Position numbers and translations under genes: made by a program. From Antechinus flavipes (taxonomy: Eukaryota), in contig NC_067401.1 of assembly GCF_016432865.1 (NCBI RefSeq), positions 223,138,001 through 223,202,000 of the forward strand: a stretch of 64,000 nucleotides of DNA, in the 5' to 3' direction. The first letter of the stretch is position 1. Every line of letters starts with the position of its first letter. The notes beneath the pieces are model-generated. The model saw nothing but the letters and a program-made list of their open reading frames with translations. It was not told where the DNA came from and did no database searches. Below, in pieces: positions 25,561 through 34,409 of this stretch.

Positions 25561-28500
25561 ACCCCAGCAATTTATAAGTTGTCTCACCAAATTTATTTTA
25601 AAAATTTATTTATAATGGTATAATGAAAAGAATGCTGAATTTAAAATAAGAAGCCTTGACTTCAAATTCTAACTGCAAATTACTATTTGTGTGACTTTAG
25701 TAGTATATTCTCTCTGGGCCTCGGTTTCTCCCAAATATTGGCCTAGATGGCTTCTGAGATCATTTGGAGCTCTCTGTAAATGATCCTATAATCAAAGGCA
25801 ATGATATTTTGATTAGAAAAGAACTTAGAGAAATTAATTAAATATAATAAAATAGATAAAAGTGATATTTTCTTGATGACTTTCATTAGTTGATTTAAAA
25901 TTAGGTTGTGTTTAGGTGGTACATTGCAAATATACATACATATATATATATATATATACATTTATAAATATATATTATATATATATATACACACACACAC
26001 ACTCTCCATTAAGAATCATCATTTGAAATCACTTTGTCATAATACTGAACAAAGCTTTCATCCTATTATAAATTGAGAAAGATGAATATTTTCTAGTTTT
26101 TTTCTATTTAAATTAAGATTTTTAAAAAAAAATCTATCTCCCTCACATTTATCTATCCATATAGCTATCTATGTATTTATTTTTCCATTTAATGAAGATG
26201 TCTGTAATTCAAGTTGGTTATACAATGTGTACCAAAACCTTAAAACAACACTAAGGCTTCTTGGCCCTGAAGTACAACCTGTATTCTAATTCTATAAGAA
26301 AGTCTTTATGTTCTTTAGTTGATCTGGAGTTTTGGAGATCTTATTAAGTTTACTTTCTATCTTTCTAAACTACTGCTTAACCTTAGACAATTTGCCAGTT
26401 CTGGTGATCTATGCTTCTTAAGATTCCTTCCATCTCTCTTCAAAAAGCAGGTGAATGTTCCTACTACTATTTTTGTTTTACTAACACGTTTTTCTGAGTG
26501 TGAGCTGGATCTCAAATGTCAAAATCTGACACCCAAATCATAACGGATTCCTTCTTTCCCTAAATAAATGAGTTGGTTGTCAAGATCGGTGAGCTCTGCC
26601 TGCTGTATTACTTGTATGTTTTATAGGAAATCTTAGCCAAGGGTGTTATTTTAAGAGATGAGCAAATGGGGAAACCCCATGGCCTAGCCAATAAAATATG
26701 AACTTAAGGTGCAAAGAAGCACTCATAAATATTACTTAGAACAAGGGGATTCATTGTTTCTCCCCAACCCTTTTAGTTGTTCCTCTGATCTCAGCCCCTC
26801 TCTGTGCGTCATGGCAGGCCTCATCCTTTAACCTGTGGTTTTTAAAAGCTAAGCTACTACATTATTTATGACCGTAAATGTTAGTAGCCCGTCTGTGTGC
26901 TCCTTGTACACGTATCGAGGGATTTTTAAACTTTTTTCTTCCTTTTAGGTATTTTAGTTTATAAGGATGAAAGAGTTTGTCACGAGACCTGATCTGGTTT
27001 AAGGATGGAGAATTAGTTCTCTTGTCAGTGTGAGGTAGACTGAGGAATTCCAACCTACTCTCCACCTGCACAACTCAAAAAACAGAACGTGAGGCTCTTT
27101 TCATTCATTTTTCCCCTTTTTTGTCCCATTTATGTTCATTCCTGCACTTTTCTATATTTTATATTTTAGTCTTTTTTGTTGTTTTTTCTTCTGTATCTCT
27201 TAGCTTCCTGTAATATATTCTATATTTTTTCTTTTTTTTCTTCTTTACTACTAATACTTGTCCCATTACCATGTTCCAATTCCAATGCTCTTACATTTCT
27301 TTTCATTGCTCCAATCCTGTATTTATCTGAAGTTTTCTTCTCACATTTTTCTCCATGTTTCCCATTCAAAAATCCATCTCTTTCCCAAAGGCATTATTAT
27401 ATTAGAACCCAGTGGAAGCTTTAAATGCCTTAAAGTTCAATTGATAATGATGAATAGAAAAAGATGTCACAAATTAAAAAGGAGAGAAGATCTGAGTGGT
27501 GGGGCTGGGGGAGAAGTAGTGGTGGAAGATGGAGTTAGGTTGTAAGGTGTGGAAATTAATTACAGAGGATTTCAACAGCCAGAGTTATTCTGATGCCCTG
27601 GGGAGGCTTTCTCCTTATGGGGGAGGATGAAATTGGTATTTCATAAACTCTTTGCTCTCAGGTTCAGAGAAAGCAGAACACTGTACCTAAAGGATAAAAC
27701 TGTAACCAATTGATTTTCTGTTAATCTAACCCTTTTGGGATGAAGAAACTATGACCCTCAACCCTCCCCCTCCCCGCCCTGAAAAAAAGGGAAAGATAAA
27801 AAAAAATATCCTTAAGACCAGAGGCTAAACAGATAATGCAGAATTGAAGGTTTTTTTCCTTTTAAAAAAAAAGGTAAGAGTGGAGTGGGGGAGTGGAGGG
27901 AAAATGCAAGGAAGAAGCTGGTAGTAGTGACAAAAACCTGTTCAAACTCAAATCTCTTATGGCTTATTCATCACTTGCACATATACAGATAAAAGTTTAA
28001 CAATGAACTAAGTTTGAGCATCAGTTTGAACTTGAGATAGGTAAGAATTCAGTTACTGCTAATAATAGTGAATCAACTAATAATAAGAGAACTTCGAAGG
28101 AACATTCTTTCCTCACATTTCTGAATATAATGGTTTAAAAAGGGAAAAAGATAAATCATAAGTGCACCCTAATTACCTCTACTTTTCCATCCACCCAAAA
28201 GATCTTTATTATTATTATTATCATTATCATTACTAATCTCTCCTAAATACTCATAGTGAGAGTCCTGAGAGATTGCTTGACTGAAAGAAACTTACTTTAG
28301 AAGCAAGTCATCTTGACATAAAACAGAATCCTAAATTTTTATTGAATGTGTTTATATTAACAGTGATGGTATTACTCCACATAGAACTATTTAGAAATGT
28401 TACATTTTACTTTACCTAGTTAAAAATTCTTCAATGTATATTTCAATAAGCTGAAAACAATGTCATAGAAGATAGTCATAATGCTTTTCTAAGCTGTCAA

Positions 28501-31500
28501 CAAGGAAAATCATTTCTACCCCCCCAAAAAAAATCCCAATTAATTAGTTTGATATCCCTGTAAGTCTGAATAAGATAAAATGACTTTAAATATCAACTCA
28601 ACCTGTAAGTTTATAAAAACATTATTATATTTAATAGTTTTACAAGATAGTTTTAAAAAGAATATTATGAGTTATGTACCCCACAATGAATACCTTTCTA
28701 GGCACATGGATTTGAATGCAGTAATCAACTTCATTTATTAACTAGTGCTGAGATCACCATGCAAAATCCATTAATGAATCAAAAATATGACTAAATTGGA
28801 GAATTTAAGTGATAAAACTGAAGTTCAACTTTTTTTCAACATAATAAAGCTTGACAATAAAGAATAAAAGTTATATTTTATTTCTGTTTTATTAAAATTA
28901 ATCTTTTTATGTCTTTACATTTGTCTCATTTAATGGTATTATAACTAAAAAAATGAAATAAAAATGACTTATAATGCCTTATACTAACTGGATTATTTTA
29001 AAATGAGCCCAAATGTGAAATGCATATAAGAATTGAAAATAATATTTCCTAAGTTTCTAAAATTCACATAGTAGTCTTGAATTCATATATTTTAGAGGAT
29101 CAAGTCCCAAGTCTTAAGATTTGGAAAATAGATAGTTAAAGAAATCATATTATCCTCTCACAAAGCTGTTGCTACAACCAGCACCTATAATGTAGTTGAA
29201 ATTTCTGCAGCTGTTCAATAGTTTCATTGATAAAAACAACTGATAAAGGCTTAGGATGCAGTGATGTTTTAATTAAAAGGGATGATGACAACAGAGAAAA
29301 GGGGCTTTCATAGGTTGCATATGTAACATTTCTTTTTTTCAAAATTAACCAGCCAAAAAAGTCTAATAACATAAGCAGCTGTTATTATTAGAGTATTACC
29401 ATTTAATGCTAGAGCTTCCCATTTCATTACCAAAAAAAAAAAAAATAGTATAAAAACGGAAACTATACACCTATCAATTGACTGGAAAACTGTTGTTTAA
29501 TTCAAGGCCATTTTTCCAGTAATAGTTGTAATCAAAAGTGACTTCCTCTAAAGCTGTTTTTAAGAAATGCTCATACCCATCTTGAATGCAACCCAGTTGT
29601 CCTTTGTCAGCAAGATATCATCATAGAAAAATATATTTTAGTTGTGTTTTAAAATAACAGAAAACAGGTCCCTTGACAGAAAATGCCAACAGTTTCCTTA
29701 ATGATCAAAGCAGAAAACTGTATAAGAAGCATTCTCATTTTTTTTTTACTGGGCAGGTAAATAAGTTGGTTTCCTCATATTTCTCATAATTATCTATATC
29801 GGGTAACGACTTCAGGCCAAATTAACTTTGGACTATTTGTTTGATTCATTTACTCTTATTTCTCTGCTTAAGAGATGCCATTTGGGACACTGGAAAATCA
29901 GCTACTGGCAGGGCATGGAAAGGTAGTAGGAACTTAGGCAAAGCTCCAAGTAGTATTTACAAAAGTGCTTAAGAAGGCCAAATTCTTAAGCATGCCAAAA
30001 TAGATGAACATTATCTATAAGAGATGCTGATCCTTGCTTTGCTTTATATTGTTTTCTGGGATAAGCCATGCCATCAAATTCATTCTTAGGATAAGAGAGT
30101 TCAGATTTAGGAATATGCAAAGAAGCTTTGAGAATGATATAGTTTTAATTTAATTTACTCCTGATCCAACTAGCAAAACCTCACCTTTCAGTCAGAATTA
30201 ATGAGCCTGCATATTTAAAATGAGAGGTTTCATTTAGGATGATTCAATAAAGTCGGGAAATTTGTGGTTAGTTCCCCAGGATAGCTCACTTTTCTATTTC
30301 ACATTGCAAGTCATGATACAAACAATATTCCTGTCTGAAGCTCACATCTAATATTCCTCCTCCAGAATAACATGACCAAATATATCCCAGAACATACATA
30401 TTGAATTACTCTACTAATGTAATCCAAACAATTATAACTGAGCATTCCCTGTACAGCAAAACATTAATTCCAAATGGAACTGTCCTCCAATGATAACAAG
30501 AAGGTCCTAGAAATTGCTTATTGAAAACTGTATTTTTTGGTTGATGAGTGGTCTTTTTTTATTTATTCAGAAAAAACTTTCAAATGACTCACAAAGTAGA
30601 ATGATGGTGCTAGATGATTTTTAATATAAATTAATTTGTCTTTCTTTTTAAAGATGCAGTCAGCAACTTCCCCTGATTTGAAAATATATTGTTAAGATTA
30701 ACTCAGGACCAAGGTAATATTTTTTCCACTCTTGATAATATAGTTTACCCTTCTCTATCAGATCTTAAATCATATAAAACTGTTTCCTTCTTTCCATGAT
30801 TTATTTGTGAATATGTTAATTATGCCTAAATAAGGAATTTTAAGATAAAACTGTTCCAGCTAATCTGAATTCCTCATGAATACTTCTTACAAAAGCTGCA
30901 AAGTAAAATGCTCCACAAACCACAATTACATAGAATTCAGAGCAAAGAAGAGTATTCCAACTAATTTAGGGTTAAGCTACATTTTAATGGCTTGTAAGGA
31001 CTAAAAGAAACCTGGTAATTATAATGTATGAGAACAGACTTCAAGGATATCTGATTATTTCAACCACTGGAAAACTCTCCTTATTAAAGTTTTCACAAAT
31101 TTTAAATCTTGAGTAACATAAAACATATGACCCTGGAGAACACCTTATTCTTCTTGCAATAATGGCTGATACCAAATAAGCAGAGTCCACTGAACAGCAC
31201 ACAATATAAAAATATACAGACATTCTTTGGCCTTTGAAACCATATAACTTTTGGGGAAAATATACTGTATAAGAATTTTAAAAAGATAATTTCCTGACAG
31301 AGCTACTCCACTTTCAAATTAAGTTGGATATATTTTATAAAACCAATAAGATAATCCATATAAAAATTTAATTCTTTTTCTGTCTGTTAGATTTACAGAT
31401 AAAAATGTTTGTTTGAATATTAAAACACCACACAATTTATTTTGAATAGGTCTGAAAATAAAAACTTCTATTGCTATCAATGTATTAAATAGAAGATTTT

Positions 31501-32485
31501 AGTGAGATAATTAACTAAAATTACATTTTAAACCATTATAATACTAATGGTCTTTTAAGGAAATTTATAATAGATACTAACAAAACAGAAAATGGTTTGA
31601 TTATCTGAAATCAATTCTGAACATTTTCCAATATATTAACATCATCACTAACACTTACTAATTACCAACACCATTAACCTTGAATTAATGTGTGTTTTTG
31701 TATCATAGCATCGACAATAATAGTACTAATTACAGGGATTTTCATTGGAGGGGGGTGGATGGTTTAACCTAAGGATTTAAAAGAAAGATTGCATGGACAA
31801 CAACTGTCATCAAATACATGAGTTACATTTTCCTTTCCATTCTCAAAACAGGAATATATATTGAGTATCTTATTTCATAAAGTATTGGTCTGTCTCCCCC
31901 ACTTTCCTAAAAAGAAATGTCATATCAGAATTCCTTAATATTAGTACTATTTTATAATATGTTTTAGCTATAATGAATTCAGCTATGATAGTTTTAATTA
32001 CAAATGTCTTTCCTGCAAGGAAATTTTTTAAAATGATATAAAATATATGCATAATTTAAGATGCATCTAATATATTTTTAAATGACAAAGTTAACAAGTG
32101 CTTTCTTACTTTCTCTCATCATCAAATGCTCCTTTTTCAATGAACCTTATAATTGTTCTCTTAGATTTATGCTTTCTACAATAGCAGCTGTTTGTTCATA
32201 TGTTTAGGCATGATTGAGATTTTAACAAGTTCTGAAAAGACTCAAATCTACTCAAACCATAAGTGTTTAATTTTAACTTTTTTTATACTTAAAAAACATG
32301 AGCTTTGCTGCCTAAGGCAAGAATTTACATTACATCAATGAAAGAAAGGAAACAGAAGCCAGGAGAGGAGAGTTATAGAAAATGACTTTATATAAACATG
32401 ACCACCTACCATGCAGCTACTTCGCCATTAGTAAAACTTCCACTTTGTAATAACTTGGATTAACAATAAACAAATAAATAATATA

Positions 32486-32491
32486 ACATAC
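32486..32491 (-). other. BMP5: 5' splice donor of BMP5 intron 1 (AG|GTATGT, phase 1)
   Basis: Plus-strand ACATAC at 32486-32491; the position after ...SFVNL+1 nt is the expected BMP5 exon 1 end. Confidence 0.95.
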
Positions 32492-32984
32492 CTAAATTGA
32501 CAAAGCTCATGACCATGTCAGCATCATTCAAAAAGTTGGTATCATGTAGGCTTGCCAAAGGAGGACTTTGGGTGGTCAGAGGTGGAGTGCGAGATAATTG
32601 TATTCTCTGAGAATATCCATTGGGAGATGCAGGGTATCCCTTTCTTACTCCTCTGGTTTCTCTTCCCATGGATCCCCTTATTGAATATTCCAACTCCTCC
32701 TCGGCATCTTCTTCATTTGTCATGGCATTGTACAGATTCAGCATAAAAAGAGGAGCAGAAGAAGCTTGTTTTCCAGGTGAAAATGGTCTGGGTCTGTGAG
32801 GTAAGCCCAAAATAGAAAGAATTTCCCTCTGAATTTCCCTTCTTTCATGATTCCGTAGCCTCCTATAAATAAAACTGGAGTGAACATGATTATCTCCTAA
32901 TCCTCCTTTTGCATAACCTCCTAGAACCCAGCAGCTCCATAGCAAACCAACAATACCCCTAACTAAAAGTACAGTCAAATGCAT
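32492..32984 (-). CDS. BMP5: BMP5 exon 1 coding part: signal peptide and N-terminal prodomain (164 codons + 1 nt)
   Basis: Translation [67 protein letters not shown]...[11 protein letters not shown] matches the BMP5 N-terminus. ATG at 32984 in context AAAATGC. Homology ends exactly at an AG|GTATGT donor; the ORF-track tail [10 protein letters not shown] is intronic. Confidence 0.98.
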
Positions 32985-33102
32985 TTTTTCCCAAAAGGAA
33001 AAGTTTGTTTGTTTGTTTGTTTTTGGTGGTTGTTCTTAATTCTTATTCTCTTAAAATTTGAGTTCCTGAGAGGTATAGTTCCCCAGCAGCTGAAAAACAA
33101 AT

Positions 33103-33143
33103 TTACCTATTCTTCATGTCAGTGACTTTTCTAAAGACAACAT
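33103..33143 (-). other. uORF4 (9 aa MLSLEKSLT*, 33143-33114) overlapping uORF5 (4 aa MKNR*, 33117-33103) via ATGA
   Basis: ATG TTG TCT TTA GAA AAG TCA CTG ACA TGA, with ATG AAG AAT AGG TAA starting inside the ATGA. Confidence 0.7.
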
Positions 33144-33203
33144 CCTTAATGATTTTCCTTTTCTATTTTAAGTATTTTGGAATATGTCAAGTTGCGATTA
33201 TTC

Positions 33204-33311
33204 CTAAGAAAGTTGAAACTCGGATTTCCAATTATCCACAGTTGTTATAGTTTGTACTGCATTTATGTAGCAGAAGACGGCTAATATGATTTGGTCAAAT
33301 GACCTATGCAT
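33204..33311 (-). other. uORF3, 35 aa MHRSFDQIILAVFCYINAVQTITTVDNWKSEFQLS*
   Basis: ATG at 33311 (GGAATGC, -3 G), TAG ending 33204; same frame as the main ORF but closed; a nested 5-aa uORF starts at 33262. Confidence 0.7.
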
Positions 33312-33456
33312 TCCTATAGAAATGTAAAGCAATCAGCTCTTTGGTGTTTGGATTAACAAAAGTTGATCTTCTGATAAACTGCAGTTCCCAGAGTTATCTT
33401 CACTTGTTTTAAACTTCTTCACAACCCTTGTGTTCTTTCCAAGACAAAGTCCTGAA

Positions 33457-33531
33457 TCACAGATCTATCCTGATCTGCACCTTGGTGCTGTCATATGTAT
33501 TTTTCCGGCAGCTTGGTGATAACTTTAACAT
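33457..33531 (-). other. uORF2, 24 aa MLKLSPSCRKNTYDSTKVQIRIDL*
   Basis: ATG at 33531 (AAGATGT, -3 A), TGA ending 33457; a nested 9-aa uORF starts at 33494. Confidence 0.7.
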
Positions 33532-33544
33532 CTTTTGGGTCCTC

Positions 33545-33628
33545 TTAGTGTAAAATGAGACTTAAGGTTGTACTAGTAAAGTAAATGTGTTTTCCTGAGT
33601 TTACTTGCAAACCTTCTCGAAAGTCCAT
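33545..33628 (-). other. uORF1, 27 aa MDFREGLQVNSGKHIYFTSTTLSLILH*
   Basis: ATG at 33628 (TGAATGG, +4 G), TAA ending 33545; translated by hand. Actual translation untested. Confidence 0.7.
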
Positions 33629-33710
33629 TCAACTCCTTTCTCCTTCTTACTGTTATTTCCACCTCCAGCAGGCACAAATATACCAGCCTCTTCAAGAGAG
33701 ATCTAAAGAC

Positions 33711-34000
33711 TAATGTAAGCACAACCCTGCTGGGAAAGAAGAGGCTTCTCATTGTAATTTGAAACTGGTAAAGCAAAAAGACCTTAACCCTTTGACTGCC
33801 AGAAAAAAATCTCCATTTTAACATTTTGTAACCACACACCTAATTTAGCATTATTCTGCTTTATGTAGTTAAATTCCAGAATATGGATATTTTCACATAT
33901 GAGAATAAAGATTCTAACTGCTGTTCTTCACAGAACTCCTTTGGGTCTTTCTTTTAAAGGAACAAATTTAGTACACTTCAAAATGAAATCCTGAATAATA
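33711..34000 (-). promoter_or_regulatory. BMP5: Putative BMP5 proximal promoter, with a Runx consensus site (AACCACA, 33830-33836)
   Basis: Unique sequence directly 5' of the inferred leader; not a CpG island; no clear TATA box seen. Confidence 0.55.
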
Positions 34001-34346
34001 ACTGAACTGTCATTGGATTACTAGGCTTTATTTCTGACTACTTTTCTAGTATTTTTATTAAATTAAGAATCTAAAGTTTTATTCACTAAGAGTACATACA
34101 AAATAAAAACATTTTCTAAAATTTAGATAAATTTGCTGTTTTTAAGTTGTATTTTCTGTATCTTCTAAATAAAACTATTAAATTTGTCATTAGGAAATAC
34201 ACTCTATCCAACACAGTAATAAATATAACAATTTGAGGATTATGACAACCTAGGTTTAAAAAGTTTAAACTAGTTTTTACTTAGTAAAATGATCTACTTA
34301 TCTCTTTAACTAAAATTCTCTGTCCCTCTCTGTCCCTCTCTGACTG

Positions 34347-34349
<3 letters not shown>

Positions 34350-34403
<54 letters not shown>
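34350..34403. repeat. Perfect (CT)27 microsatellite about 0.65 kb upstream of the inferred TSS
   Basis: Direct count, 54 nt. Confidence 0.95.

Positions 34404-34409
<6 letters not shown>

Larger units (their letters stand above)
1..32491 (-). other. BMP5: BMP5 intron 1 (continues beyond the left edge of the window)
   Basis: Downstream of the exon 1 donor on the minus strand; no sequence encoding exon 2 ([21 protein letters not shown]-like) recognised. Confidence 0.85.
32985..33710 (-). other. BMP5: BMP5 5' UTR (long leader in exon 1; 5' end approximate)
   Basis: Minus strand TCTTTAGATCTCTCTTGAAGAGGCTGGTATATTTGTGCCTGCTGGAGGTGG... through to the ATG closely resembles the human BMP5 mRNA leader as I recall it. 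TE-free. The TSS is inferred, not observed. Confidence 0.8.

Noticed and set aside
32460-32491. ORF-track C-terminal extension [10 protein letters not shown] giving a 174-aa protein
   Set aside because: Read-through past a strong GTATGT donor into intron 1; no nearby minus-strand polyadenylation signal seen to support a truncated isoform.
32552-32746. 64-aa antisense ORF over BMP5 exon 1
   Set aside because: Starts at TTG, has no recognisable homology, and is an expected shadow of a coding exon.
33573-33839. 88-aa minus-strand ORF (internal ATG at 33752) across the promoter and leader
   Set aside because: Its ATG is probably upstream of the TSS, and the frame seems disrupted in the recalled human sequence; revisit only if CAGE shows a more upstream start.
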